A DNA stretch of 64,000 bases from Patescibacteria group bacterium. GTDB taxonomy: Bacteria > Patescibacteriota > Patescibacteriia > UBA2591 > JAQUPP01. Positions 40,388-51,114 of this stretch are shown here, one piece after another. Under the pieces are notes generated by a model. That model was not told the DNA's origin and did not search any database. It saw only the letters and a program-made list of their open reading frames with translations. Position numbers and translations under genes: made by a program. Position 1 is the first letter of the stretch; each line of letters begins with the position of its first letter. Location of the stretch: positions 37,313 through 101,312 of the forward strand of contig JAQUPP010000001.1 in the NCBI GenBank assembly GCA_028716665.1, in the 5' to 3' direction.

Positions 40388-42613
40388 TTAATATCCTCTT
40401 GTTTTTAACACGGCAATACTTGTTCCGCCCTTAAATTGTTTAGTATAAGCATAAAACTGACTAAGCTGCTTGCTGGAAAAACTGAAAACATTAACCTGGG
40501 GTTCCATGCCTTTTTTGGGACCGGTAATAATTTCCGCCTTTTGATCACCGTCAAAATCAGCCGTGACAAGATTAATTCCTCCATAAAATTCGCGAGAGTA
40601 AGCCAAAAATTGAAGTCTGAGTTGGAGAAATTCACTGGAAAAAACTCTCACATAAGGAGAAGCGCCCGAGGCCACACTGGCTAAAATTTCATCTTTCCCA
40701 TCACCGTCAACATCGCCTGAAGCGACATTCACGCCGCCCAAAAAAGTTTTATTAAAAGCGAAGAAATTTAATTCCATAACTCCCTGACCGTCTAAAACCC
40801 TGACATGAGGACCGCCTCCAAGACCTGCGCCGGTGATAATTTCGTCTTGACCGTCAGCATCAATATCTCCTGAAGCAATATTCACCCCGCCTTTAAAACT
40901 GGATTGATAAGCAAAAAATTCATTTTTTAAATTACCGGAAAAATCAAAAATTTTAATTTGAGTATTACTGGTCATTCCACTGGTGATAATTTCGTCTTTC
41001 CCATCACCGTCAACATCACCCGAAGCGACATTCACGCCGCCGGTAAAAGTTTTTGCATAAGCGAAAAATCCACTTTTCGGCTGGCCGTAAAGATCAAATA
41101 TTCTGACATGAGGTCCGCCGCCCGGACCTGCGCCGGTGATAATTTCGTCTTTCCCATCACCGTCAACATCACCCGAAGCGACATTCACGCCGCCGGTAAA
41201 AGTTTTTGCATAAGCGAAAAATCCACTTTTCGGCTGGCCGTAAAGATCAAATATTCTGACATGAGGTCCGCCGCCCGGACCTGCGCCGGTGATAATATAA
41301 TAAGATTGGGGCAATTCTCCGGCCTGATTAAAAGTACGTTCTATGGTTTTATAAGCATTAACCCGACCGCTGCCCAACTGACCGACTAAATTGGAATTTA
41401 AAGAATCAATATTGTCAGCCTGACTGATAATAAAACTTTGAACTTGTTTTTGAGTCAGTAGCGGGTTAACAGACCAAACTAATGCCGCCAACCCGGAAAT
41501 GACCGGCGCGGCAATGGAAGTGCCGGACCAATAACCTCCGTAATATTCTTTAAAATTTTCGTAATTTGAATTATAAACCAGCGGGCCATAAATGCGCGTT
41601 CCCGGCGCCGAGATATCAATACATTTTGAACCATAATTGGAAAAAGACGCTTTTTTATCAGCGCTGTCCGTAGCTGCTACGCCAATAATAAAATTTTCAT
41701 CATCTTCGTCCAAACAGACCGGATAATTAGGCGTGTTATTGAGATTCACCGGCTCGCCTGTTGTTTCGTTGCCACCGGCTGCCACGACAATCACTCCTCT
41801 TTGCCAAGCATTTTTTAGAGCTTCAGCTAAAAAATAACTTTTATTGGTGCCGACAAAACTTAAATTGATAACTTTTACTCCATTGTCAACCGCGTATTTA
41901 ACCGCTTGAATAACATGCTCTACTGTTCCCGACCCTTCACTGTTTAAAACTCTTAAAGACATAATTTTACTTTTAAAAGCTATACCGGCCGTACCCGCGG
42001 AATTATCTCCTGTTGCGGCAATAATGCCCGCGATTAAGGTGCCGTGATGAATGCCATTGGCGTCAAAAACTTCATCAAATTTAGGCTTTGGGTTTGGCAC
42101 ATTATTTATGAAATCCCATCCATTTATATCATCAATGTAACCGTTATGATCATTATCAATACCATCTCCTTTGATTTCATCTTTATTGGACCAAATATTA
42201 TTTTTTAAATCAGGATGATCAATGTCCACGCCTGTGTCTAAAACCGCCACCGTGATATCAGTGTTCCCTCCATGGGTTAAATCCCATGCCTGCGGTATTT
42301 GAATTTTATCCAAATACCATTGTTCAAAATAAAGCGGATCATTGGGAATATAAGCGATTTTAAATGAATAATTCGGTTCAGCCCATTCTATTTCCGATCG
42401 TTCAAGAATAATTTTTTGAAATTCTTCAATTGGCAAATCATTTGATTCGACATTATAAATTTTTGAAGAATCTTTCAATTTAATTAAAAGTTCTCCTGTT
42501 TCCGGAATAGTGGAAGAATGAGCTATTTTAGGGAAATTGAAAAAAGTTGTCATACTCAAAATAACAACTAAAAAAATAACAAATATATTTTTTTGATTAA
42601 TCAATTTCATCAA
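40388..42613 (-). CDS. secreted subtilisin-like serine protease (S8) with C-terminal FG-GAP/beta-propeller repeats
   Basis: Catalytic triad VAVLDTGVD / HGTLIAG / GTSIAAPVISG. Repeated ASGDVDGDGKDEIITGAGPGGGPHVRIFD FG-GAP-like units. Signal peptide present. Confidence 0.8.
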   Translation of the reverse strand: MMKLINQKNIFVIFLVVILSMTTFFNFPKIAHSSTIPETGELLIKLKDSSKIYNVESNDLPIEEFQKIILERSEIEWAEPNYSFKIAYIPNDPLYFEQWYLDKIQIPQAWDLTHGGNTDITVAVLDTGVDIDHPDLKNNIWSNKDEIKGDGIDNDHNGYIDDINGWDFINNVPNPKPKFDEVFDANGIHHGTLIAGIIAATGDNSAGTAGIAFKSKIMSLRVLNSEGSGTVEHVIQAVKYAVDNGVKVINLSFVGTNKSYFLAEALKNAWQRGVIVVAAGGNETTGEPVNLNNTPNYPVCLDEDDENFIIGVAATDSADKKASFSNYGSKCIDISAPGTRIYGPLVYNSNYENFKEYYGGYWSGTSIAAPVISGLAALVWSVNPLLTQKQVQSFIISQADNIDSLNSNLVGQLGSGRVNAYKTIERTFNQAGELPQSYYIITGAGPGGGPHVRIFDLYGQPKSGFFAYAKTFTGGVNVASGDVDGDGKDEIITGAGPGGGPHVRIFDLYGQPKSGFFAYAKTFTGGVNVASGDVDGDGKDEIITSGMTSNTQIKIFDFSGNLKNEFFAYQSSFKGGVNIASGDIDADGQDEIITGAGLGGGPHVRVLDGQGVMELNFFAFNKTFLGGVNVASGDVDGDGKDEILASVASGASPYVRVFSSEFLQLRLQFLAYSREFYGGINLVTADFDGDQKAEIITGPKKGMEPQVNVFSFSSKQLSQFYAYTKQFKGGTSIAVLKTRGY
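40982..41287. repeat. perfect 153-bp x 2 tandem duplication inside the subtilase FG-GAP region
   Basis: 40982-41134 is identical to 41135-41287, with a further diverged unit at about 40830-40980. It encodes a duplicated 51-aa FG-GAP unit. Confidence 0.8.
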
Positions 42614-42776
42614 AATTTTTTAAAACTAATCTAAGATAATGATTTATTGCCAAGCGAGCAAGAGAAAAGAAAGTTTTATTTTCTTTTCCGATCCCGCTGT
42701 TAGCGGGAGCAGATAAAAAAGAGTTTAATACCCGACTGGCGAATGTAAAATAAGAAGTCAGAACTTGCTCTGAAAT

Positions 42777-43412
42777 CTAATACCCTTTATTTTCTTCGAT
42801 CAAGGGAACAAAACTAAAACCCGGAAATCTTTTTTTACTATATTCATCTTTACTGATTCTTTCCACTAAAACTATGTCTTGCGTGTCTTGACCCTCAGGA
42901 ATAACCAATTTGCCGCCAATCGCCAATTGCTCGAGCAATTCATCGGGAATTCTGAAAGCGGCCGCGCCAACATGTATGCGATCGAATGGAGCTTGTTCGG
43001 GTAATCCTTTTGACCCATCCCCAATTTTAACAGTCATTCGGCCGGATTTAATAAAACTATATTTTTTAATATTGTTAATGCCGAATTCCGCCAATTCAGG
43101 AATTCTTTCAATACTGAAAACCTTACCGGTTTTACCAACAATTTCCGCCAAAAGAGCTGAAGCCCACCCCGAGCCAAAACCGATATCTAAAACTTTTTGA
43201 CCTGGTTTAAGATCCAATAATTCCATCATAAAAGCGACGGTCAATGGCTGAGAAATGGTTTGTCCGAAACCGATAGCCAGAGGCGCGTTGCATTCCGCCA
43301 CTTCTTCATTTTCATCAAGAATAAAATCTTTGCGCTTAATTGCCTGGAAGGCCTTGATAATATTGGGATCTTTAAGATATTTTGTATTAATCAATTGTTG
43401 GATTAAATCCAT
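42777..43412 (-). CDS. pcm: protein-L-isoaspartate O-methyltransferase
   Basis: QTISQPLTVAFMMELL and SAM-binding VLDIGFGSGW. Confidence 0.8.
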   Translation of the reverse strand: MDLIQQLINTKYLKDPNIIKAFQAIKRKDFILDENEEVAECNAPLAIGFGQTISQPLTVAFMMELLDLKPGQKVLDIGFGSGWASALLAEIVGKTGKVFSIERIPELAEFGINNIKKYSFIKSGRMTVKIGDGSKGLPEQAPFDRIHVGAAAFRIPDELLEQLAIGGKLVIPEGQDTQDIVLVERISKDEYSKKRFPGFSFVPLIEENKGY

Positions 43413-43428
43413 AGAAACTTTTTATTAT

Positions 43429-45939
43429 TTAAATTAGAGTGCAAGAAACAACAATATCTTTGGTGTTAAATCTCATTAATCTCACTCCTTGAGTCGCCCG
43501 GCCGGTGGTAGAAACGCTTTTAAGCGGCAAACGTATAACTTGGCCCAGATGAGAAATCAAAAGCAAGTCTTTGTCTGAAATTTTATCATCCACCACAATC
43601 GCTCCGATAATTTTCCCGATTTTATCAGTAACCTTGGCGGTTTTGATTCCGCTGCCGCCCCGGCGCTGCAAACGATATTCTTTAAGGGGCGTCATTTTGC
43701 CAAAACCGTTTTCCGCCACGATTAATAATTTTTTATTGGCTATTTCTTTGGTGTCAATTACCCCCATTCCAACGATATAATCATCTTTCTTAAGTTTCAT
43801 TCCTCTGACGCCGCTCGCCACCCGTCCCAACGGTTTTAAATCTTTTTCTTTGAATCTAACCGCTTGCCCGTGAGCGGAAACCAAAACAATTTCATCATTA
43901 GGAGCGACCAACTCAGTCCAATCCAAAGAATCATCATTTTTTAATTTAATGGCAATTAATCCTGATCTGCGAACATTATCAAAAGCGCTTATTTCCAATT
44001 TTTTAATTGTTCCCTGTTTTGTCACCATTACTATCCAGCGGGAATTTTTCAAATTGGAAGAAGGCAAAACCACGGAAACTTTTTCCTGATCGCTCACTTC
44101 CAAAAAATTAACCAAAGCCTGGCCCTTGGCCGCTCGGCCGGTTTGCGGAATCTCGTGAGCTTTTAATTGAAAAGCTCTGCCCTTGGTCGTAAAGAATAAT
44201 AAATTGGTGTGAGTGGTAGTGGAAATTAATTGCTTCACTTGATCTTCATCTTTCACTTCCAGTCCAACCACGCCCTTGCCTCCGCGGCTCTGTGATTTAA
44301 AGCTTTCTGAAGCCAATCTTTTAATATAACCGTCTCGGGTAATAACCACCAAGGTCGGTTCATCAGGAATTAAATCTTCATCGCTGAATTTCCCTACTTC
44401 CGTGGCCACTACTTGTGTTCGGCGATCATCACCGTATTTTTCTTTTAATTCTTTTAAATCTTTTTTGACAATTTCCAAAATCATTTTTGGAGAAGCCAAT
44501 AATTTTTCCAATTCTTTAGCAAAGGCTAATTTTTCTTTCAACTCATCCTTAACCTTACTTCTTTCCAAATTCGCCAATTGATGAAGTTTCATTTCCAAAA
44601 TGGCATCCGCCTGAAGATCACTTAGGCGATATTTTTTCATCAAATTAATTTTGGCTTCATTCTTGTCTTGAGATTTTTTAATCAATTTAATAATTTCATC
44701 AATATGATCAATGGCGATTTCCAATCCTTTTAAAATATGAATTCTGTCTTGAGTCTGTCTTAAAATATATTCCGTGCGCTTGCGAATGATAATTTGGCGA
44801 TGATCAATATATTCTTCCAAGATTTCTTTAAGACCGAAAACTTTCGGTTGAATACCCTCGGAAAGCGCCACCATGTTAACATAAAAAACCGTTTGCAAAG
44901 AAGTCATTTGAAATAATTTATTCAATACTTTTTGCGGGAAAGTTCCTTTTTTAAGCTCAATCATCACTCTTATTCCTTCTTTACCTGATTCATCGCGAAT
45001 ATCCCTGATATCATCTATTTTCTTATCTTTAACCAACTCTGCCATTTTTTGAAGCAAGTCGGATTTATTGACTCCGTAAGGAATTTCATGGACGAGAATT
45101 TGAAAATATCCCTGTTTTGTTTCAACAATTTCTGTTTTTGCTCTGACCACAATCGGTCCTTTGCCGATCGCGTAAGCTTGCTTTATTTGATTGACGTCAA
45201 AAATAAGACCGCCGGTCGGGAAATCAGGTCCTTTCACAAGTTTAAAAATTTCATCAATTTCAGCATGGGGATGATCTATTAATAAACCGATTGCATCGCA
45301 CAATTCCCCTAAATTATGCGGTGGAATATTTGTGGCCATACCAACGGCAATGCCCATTGAACCATTTAAAAGTAAGTTGGGTAATCTGGCCGGTAAAACT
45401 TGCGGCTCAGTTAAAGTACCGTCGTAGTTTGGCGTAAAATTAACTGTTTCTTTATCAATATCCAAAAGCATTTCATCAGCAATAGCGGAAAGTCTGGCTT
45501 CAGTGTAACGATGAGCCGCTGCTCCGTCGCCGTCAATTGAACCGAAGTTTCCTTGACCGTCAATCAAAGGATAACGCAAAGAAAAATCTTGAGCCATTCT
45601 GACCATTGAATCATAAACCGCCATATCGCCGTGCGGATGATAATGACCAAGCACTTCACCGACAACCGTAGCTGATTTTCTGTATTTAACCGAATGTTTC
45701 AAACCCATAGAATGCATGGCGTAAAGAATGCGGCGATGAACCGGTTTTAAACCATCTCTGACATCAGGCAAGGCACGAGCGACGATTACACTCATAGCAT
45801 AGTCAAGATAAGAAGTTTTCACTTCGTCTTCCAAAGATTGTGTATCTATTCTCCCCGTTATTATCTCATCTGAAGGTTCTGGCTTGACTTTTGACTCTTT
45901 ATGGGGTAATCGATAAATTTTTTTGTGTTTGTTCTTCAT
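43429..45939 (-). CDS. gyrA: DNA gyrase subunit A
   Basis: [32 protein letters not shown], 836 aa. Confidence 0.9.
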   Translation of the reverse strand: MKNKHKKIYRLPHKESKVKPEPSDEIITGRIDTQSLEDEVKTSYLDYAMSVIVARALPDVRDGLKPVHRRILYAMHSMGLKHSVKYRKSATVVGEVLGHYHPHGDMAVYDSMVRMAQDFSLRYPLIDGQGNFGSIDGDGAAAHRYTEARLSAIADEMLLDIDKETVNFTPNYDGTLTEPQVLPARLPNLLLNGSMGIAVGMATNIPPHNLGELCDAIGLLIDHPHAEIDEIFKLVKGPDFPTGGLIFDVNQIKQAYAIGKGPIVVRAKTEIVETKQGYFQILVHEIPYGVNKSDLLQKMAELVKDKKIDDIRDIRDESGKEGIRVMIELKKGTFPQKVLNKLFQMTSLQTVFYVNMVALSEGIQPKVFGLKEILEEYIDHRQIIIRKRTEYILRQTQDRIHILKGLEIAIDHIDEIIKLIKKSQDKNEAKINLMKKYRLSDLQADAILEMKLHQLANLERSKVKDELKEKLAFAKELEKLLASPKMILEIVKKDLKELKEKYGDDRRTQVVATEVGKFSDEDLIPDEPTLVVITRDGYIKRLASESFKSQSRGGKGVVGLEVKDEDQVKQLISTTTHTNLLFFTTKGRAFQLKAHEIPQTGRAAKGQALVNFLEVSDQEKVSVVLPSSNLKNSRWIVMVTKQGTIKKLEISAFDNVRRSGLIAIKLKNDDSLDWTELVAPNDEIVLVSAHGQAVRFKEKDLKPLGRVASGVRGMKLKKDDYIVGMGVIDTKEIANKKLLIVAENGFGKMTPLKEYRLQRRGGSGIKTAKVTDKIGKIIGAIVVDDKISDKDLLLISHLGQVIRLPLKSVSTTGRATQGVRLMRFNTKDIVVSCTLI

Positions 45940-46216
45940 ATTCTTCTAAAACTTTTTTCTTTAAACGATCAACTTCTTCATTGGTCATTAAATCTTTTTG
46001 AAGAAGCGGAGACTGTTTTATTCCAAGACGCGCTTCTTTAAATGATTTATTAACTTCAGAATATGTCTTTTTAATAATAGAAATAAAGGAATCTTTTTTG
46101 TCAATAATTTGAAAACTGTATTTTAAACTGAAAATCCAGCCTATGAAAATAAGAACTGTAAGTGAAATTACCATAGTCCATAATTCCACTGTCTTATTTT
46201 GAGGAGCTTTTTTCAT
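45899..46216 (-). CDS. hypothetical small membrane protein (FtsB/DivIC-like topology?)
   Basis: One N-terminal TM helix followed by a charged/coiled segment. Overlaps the gyrA start by 41 nt. Confidence 0.3.
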   Translation of the reverse strand: MKKAPQNKTVELWTMVISLTVLIFIGWIFSLKYSFQIIDKKDSFISIIKKTYSEVNKSFKEARLGIKQSPLLQKDLMTNEEVDRLKKKVLEEYEEQTQKNLSITP

Positions 46217-46228
46217 AATCGCTTGTTA

Positions 46229-46852
46229 TTATTTCGGCTCCAAAATAATAACTTTATTTTCTATCAGTTCCAAATCTTTTTTATGTAAAGATAACTTTTC
46301 CATGGTTTCTGGATTTTTAGCGCCCGCTTCTTTTAAAAAGTTATCAAGAGGATCTAAAGATACCTTAAGTCCTTTAATTTTATAACAGCAAGGAATGGTA
46401 ATTCTGGGTTCAATCTGATGAACGACTTTTACCGCTTTTTCCGCATCAAGCATGCCTTTTCCGCCAATCGGTATCAATAGAATATCAATGCCGTCTAATT
46501 TTTCCAACTGACCGTCTGTTAATGTTTTATTAATTTCTCCCAGAACTCCAATTCTGATATTATCAACAATAATCTGATAAATGGTTAATGATTTTTTATC
46601 ATCACTGGCATCCGTGCCGTAAACAAATATATTTTTTGATTCATACTCTCCCGGGCCGGAAATTAAAAAACATTCATCTTTTGAATCTTTCTGGGCGATT
46701 TTTTCTTCTTCCGGATTTGTTAATACCAAAATTGTGGCCTTATAATTAGGTCCTCTTAATCCCGCGTTTCTCGGGCTATAAGGATCAATTAAAACAACCT
46801 TCTCTCCTGTTTGAATTTTAAAACAAAATTGTCCGTACCAACTGATAATCAT
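46229..46852 (-). CDS. metallo-beta-lactamase-fold hydrolase (UPF0173-like)
   Basis: MIISWYGQFCFKIQTGEKVVLIDPY... resembles the MBL-fold N-terminus. Weak. Confidence 0.45.
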   Translation of the reverse strand: MIISWYGQFCFKIQTGEKVVLIDPYSPRNAGLRGPNYKATILVLTNPEEEKIAQKDSKDECFLISGPGEYESKNIFVYGTDASDDKKSLTIYQIIVDNIRIGVLGEINKTLTDGQLEKLDGIDILLIPIGGKGMLDAEKAVKVVHQIEPRITIPCCYKIKGLKVSLDPLDNFLKEAGAKNPETMEKLSLHKKDLELIENKVIILEPK

Positions 46853-47073
46853 TTTATTGTAAATAATTTATTATATAATTTTAAATATTTTTTCGCCGAT
46901 TGATGCCAAGAAATTTGGCTTATGGCGTTAATTTGGATTTTTCGCCAAATTTTTTTATTTTGATAAAATTTAGAGATTTTATCCTTTTGTTAAGACCTGA
47001 CAAATCATTGTTTAATTTTACATTTTTTACAGTATCGCGCAAGCCTCCTGTCGCCCTAATAATGGGGATTGTT

Positions 47074-47940
47074 TCAGAAGCGGCAAATAAAATTTTCATT
47101 GTTGATTTTAAAATAATCCCAAACTGAATTTATATCAAATCCCCATTCTTTGGGTAAAATACCATGGAAATCCGAACCGACGGTAATGGTTAAATTTAAT
47201 TCCTTGGCTACTTTCTGCCAATGTTCGTTACTCCCCCATGAATGATGACTGGAAATCGCCTCCAGGCCGTCTAATCCCATTTTTTTAAGATCTTTAATTA
47301 TATCTTGATCATGCCAAGCGAGCTGCTGCCCAGGATGAGCTAAAACCGCCTTACCATGGGCCTGCTTGATTAATTTAATGGCTTGTTTAATATCCAATTC
47401 GGTTTCCGGGCAAAGAGAAACGCCATTTTTAAAAAAATATTTTTCAATAATATCAGTCAGAGAAATAATTTTTTTAGGAGTCCAATTAAAATTTTTTCTG
47501 ATTCTATTTTGATTTTGGGGATATTTTTGAAAAACTCCGGCCAAGTTTGCCACGCCGATATATGGAGCTTTTATTTTAAAAACTTCTCTCTCGTCCATTT
47601 GCCATCCGTCTTTTTGAAGAATTCTGATTATTTTTTTAATTTTTAAAAGATGAGATGCTTGCAATTCTTTTAAAACCGAATTGAATTTTTTATTTTTCAA
47701 ATCAAATCCGTAACCCAAAAGATGAAGATGCTTGTCTTTAAAATGAGTGTAAATTTCCACGCCGGTTATGACTTTAATTTTTAACTTTTTGCCTTCTTCT
47801 TGAAACTCTTTTATTCCGTCAATTCCATTATGATCAGTTAAAGATAAAAAATTAAAACCTGCCTGCTTGGCTTTTTTCATTAAATCTTGAGGCGAATAAA
47901 CGCCATCCGAATAATAAGAATGCAAATGTAAATCAATCAT
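47074..47940 (-). CDS. PHP-domain phosphoesterase
   Basis: MIDLHLHSYYSDG...LTDHN PHP motifs. Confidence 0.7.
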   Translation of the reverse strand: MIDLHLHSYYSDGVYSPQDLMKKAKQAGFNFLSLTDHNGIDGIKEFQEEGKKLKIKVITGVEIYTHFKDKHLHLLGYGFDLKNKKFNSVLKELQASHLLKIKKIIRILQKDGWQMDEREVFKIKAPYIGVANLAGVFQKYPQNQNRIRKNFNWTPKKIISLTDIIEKYFFKNGVSLCPETELDIKQAIKLIKQAHGKAVLAHPGQQLAWHDQDIIKDLKKMGLDGLEAISSHHSWGSNEHWQKVAKELNLTITVGSDFHGILPKEWGFDINSVWDYFKINNENFICRF

Positions 47941-47957
47941 ATAAATTAGTTTATTAG

Positions 47958-48989
47958 TTATTCGTTTTTTGTTATTAGTTTTTCTCCTGCTTGTTTTAAT
48001 AAAATTTCAATCCCCTTGGCCTTATTCTCTTTGTTTGATTCAACTAAGGCTAAAATCGCCGCCATTTCCAAAATTTTTCTTATTTCAAAATAGAGCAAAC
48101 GAGTTTTAATTTTTTTATCTTCCAGCTCCTGTTTTGTAAAATAATTTTTAAAAAATAAATTTCTTATTTCTCGCGATTGTTTTTTAAATTTTGGCGCATA
48201 ATAACGGAACATTGAATCATTCTGGGCTAAAAATCCGCCTACATCTTCCAAGGGGTCCCCCCAAAAAGCATAACTGAAATCTATGATTTTAAATTTCTTA
48301 TCTTGAGAAATGATATTTCCCCAATGCAGGTCCCCATGGACTAAACCGAAATTATTTTTAAAAATTTCTTTATGTTTTCGCCTGAATTGCCAAAGTTGCT
48401 TAAGTAAAGAACTGAATTTTGGATAAAAATCTTTGGCGCATTTCTTAACCAAAAAATACCAGTGCCGATATTCCCACTTTTCGCGTTTTAAAGTTTTAAT
48501 CGGCAAAAAATCCGGCTTTTTGGACGAGATATTATGCATTTTTCTCAGACAACGAATAATCGGCTTGATTAAATTTATTTGATTATTAATTTTTCCTTGA
48601 GCCATTGAATTCTCCAATGAGAAGCCGGGCGTTTCCAAATAAAAATATATATTTAGAGACGGGTCATAATCTAAAAAATGAGGAATATTCTGTTTAAAAC
48701 CTTTGCTTTTCAACCAGTTTAAAGTTCTCCACTCCCGATACGGTATGTCCTGCCGACGATGAATTTTAGCTCTGATATTTTTTGCCCCGCGGCTTGTTGC
48801 CAGCGTATATTTTAAGCTCATATTGCGGTATTTTCCGCAAAAATTTCTGACTAATTCTATTTGAAGATCCAATAGTTTCTCGCCCTTAGTTAAAAAATTT
48901 TTTCTTCTTTTCTGAAAAAGAAGAAGCATGTGTTTTTTATTCAAAGATTTTTTGGTGCTGAAAGTGCGAGGTAATTTGATAAAAATCAT
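47958..48989 (-). CDS. APH/ChoK-family kinase (aminoglycoside phosphotransferase fold)
   Basis: Catalytic HGDLHWGNII and DFSYAFWGDPLED motifs. Confidence 0.6.
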   Translation of the reverse strand: MIFIKLPRTFSTKKSLNKKHMLLLFQKRRKNFLTKGEKLLDLQIELVRNFCGKYRNMSLKYTLATSRGAKNIRAKIHRRQDIPYREWRTLNWLKSKGFKQNIPHFLDYDPSLNIYFYLETPGFSLENSMAQGKINNQINLIKPIIRCLRKMHNISSKKPDFLPIKTLKREKWEYRHWYFLVKKCAKDFYPKFSSLLKQLWQFRRKHKEIFKNNFGLVHGDLHWGNIISQDKKFKIIDFSYAFWGDPLEDVGGFLAQNDSMFRYYAPKFKKQSREIRNLFFKNYFTKQELEDKKIKTRLLYFEIRKILEMAAILALVESNKENKAKGIEILLKQAGEKLITKNE

Positions 48990-49054
48990 AGATTAGCTTA
49001 TTAGGAATTAGCTTTTTAGCTTATTAGGAAATTATTTTCTAATGCCTAAGAAGC

Positions 49055-51034
49055 TTATTTTGATGTATAACCGGAAATTTTAAATTTAAAACCAAATCCT
49101 TCCGCGGTTGGTTTATATGGAATCTCAACAAATAATTGCCCTGCTTTATTCTTCTTGAAAAAAATCGGCGACCATCGATTGGCTTCCGCCAAAAGCGCTA
49201 ATTTTAAATATTTGCCATTTGCAGAATCCGATTGTTTTAAAAGCTGCAAAAAATCATTAATCAAACTTCCCGACTTAACGATTATTTTCAGTTTTCCTTT
49301 TTTATGTTGATAGTCGCATTGTCCTTTTTGTTGATAATCGCCGAATTTGGAGAAACGCAGTAAGCTCATGGCGTCCCAACCGAATTCTCCCAGCCAATAT
49401 TCTATATATATGGAAGGCAATTCGCAAAGATAAAAATTATTATATTCATCAAAAGAAAAACCCAGGGGATGAGTATTTTTATTTCTTTTTTTAAAAGCGA
49501 TTTTAATCAATTTGAAAAGTTCTTGCGGCTGTTTTTTTAAAAATTCTTTATCTTTGTGATTTTCAAAATATTCTTTGGCGAATTTTGAAAACTCTCCCGG
49601 CGCATATTCCCAGTAACCTTTTAAAGAAGGCAATAATCGGGTGGTTCCCAAATCGTCAACCACGTGCATAACATCATAAATATCCATTCCGTTTTTCAAT
49701 TTAAAAATAGCGTCGCGCCATTTTATCGCTTTTTCCAATTCTCTCAATTTAATCGCCTTATTCATCTCGTCTTCAAACTCCAAAACCATCGAGCTGAAAT
49801 CAGCAGCCATAACTCTCTCTTTGTAGGGTCTTAATTTTACTGTTTTAAAAGCCTGGCGATGCGCTTGCCTGATTAATCCGGATCTTTGATATTCAAAAGC
49901 CAAATCAATAATTGCGCGATAATAATTTTCCGATTTTTCTTTTATTTTATGGCTTATTTTAGGAATCAAAAAAACAATCTTTTTTAAATTAAAAGCGCTT
50001 TGCTCTATCATTTCCAAACTCCACCAAGGCTTGGCCGAAGCCCACCAATATTGATCACTAGACAATGCCTTATCCAATTTATCTCTGATTTCTTTATAAT
50101 TAGCGACATTTTTATCCAATTTTGAGACTAAATCAATTACAAAATAAGTAAGTTCCCACTGATGGCAATGAATCGGATTCCCCGGATTTTGCCAAAGAGT
50201 GAATGGGTGTTGTTTTTCTTTTTCCAGCCAAAAATCCTGCTCCTCAGAGCTCCAAGTGCAATCCCGAGGAATAATTTTTTCATTATTTGTTGAAAAATTT
50301 TTAATCAATTCCGAAATAAAAACTTTTTCAATTTTTTGATCCTGATAAATTTCGAAAAGTAAATTCTCCAAACCCGGACGATGATGACCAAATGTTTCGC
50401 CGTCCATTACCGTCAAAAGATAACGGTCTTTTTTAATTTCATCTCCGATTTCGCTGGTCAAAGATTTAAAATTTCGGCAAATGGCCGAGAGAATCAAATT
50501 GCTGATTCTTTTATCGCGAAAAATAATTTTCAAATGATTCAATTTTTGAATCGGATAAATTTTTTTAAAATCCGGTTTTTGCGGCGAAGCCAATTCTTCA
50601 GCGACAATCCATTTAAAACCGCATTCTTCCACAACTTTTGCCACTTTTTCGCTGTAAGCCAATTCGGGTGAAAAAAATCCTTTTGGCTGCCAATATTTTC
50701 CGAAATATTTTTTATTGGTTTCATTATTCAAAAGAATTTGCCTTTTAATTTCTTCTTTCGGCAATAAAGGCAAAAAGGGGTGATATTTAACCCCTCCGGT
50801 GAATTCAATTTGTCCGCGCTTGGCAAAATCTTTTATTTGCTCAATCACGTCTTGATAGCCGTTTTTCGCCAATAATTCTGTTAATCCGGCGCTGATATTA
50901 ATGGTAATTTTCGCCCGGGGATTAAGAGCCAAACCGCTGATTATTTTACGATAACTTTCATTGACTATTCGCTCTAAAATATCCAATTGCTGGCTTGATG
51001 GTTGATAAAAATGTAGAAAAATAGCCCATTTCAT
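49055..51034 (-). CDS. glycoside hydrolase family 57 protein (alpha-glucan branching / amylase-like)
   Basis: N-terminal FLHFYQP and DGETFGHH motifs typical of GH57. Adjacent to glgA. Confidence 0.6.
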   Translation of the reverse strand: MKWAIFLHFYQPSSQQLDILERIVNESYRKIISGLALNPRAKITINISAGLTELLAKNGYQDVIEQIKDFAKRGQIEFTGGVKYHPFLPLLPKEEIKRQILLNNETNKKYFGKYWQPKGFFSPELAYSEKVAKVVEECGFKWIVAEELASPQKPDFKKIYPIQKLNHLKIIFRDKRISNLILSAICRNFKSLTSEIGDEIKKDRYLLTVMDGETFGHHRPGLENLLFEIYQDQKIEKVFISELIKNFSTNNEKIIPRDCTWSSEEQDFWLEKEKQHPFTLWQNPGNPIHCHQWELTYFVIDLVSKLDKNVANYKEIRDKLDKALSSDQYWWASAKPWWSLEMIEQSAFNLKKIVFLIPKISHKIKEKSENYYRAIIDLAFEYQRSGLIRQAHRQAFKTVKLRPYKERVMAADFSSMVLEFEDEMNKAIKLRELEKAIKWRDAIFKLKNGMDIYDVMHVVDDLGTTRLLPSLKGYWEYAPGEFSKFAKEYFENHKDKEFLKKQPQELFKLIKIAFKKRNKNTHPLGFSFDEYNNFYLCELPSIYIEYWLGEFGWDAMSLLRFSKFGDYQQKGQCDYQHKKGKLKIIVKSGSLINDFLQLLKQSDSANGKYLKLALLAEANRWSPIFFKKNKAGQLFVEIPYKPTAEGFGFKFKISGYTSK

Positions 51035-51114
51035 ATCAATATTATATCACTATTTTAAAAAATATAAAAGCCAAGAACTGATTAAATATCAACTCTTGAC
51101 TTTTATATAAAAAT

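Noticed and set aside
40958-41389. 143-aa plus-strand ORF with internal repeats
   Set aside because: It is antisense to the subtilase gene. Its repetitiveness just mirrors the 153-bp tandem duplication on the coding strand.
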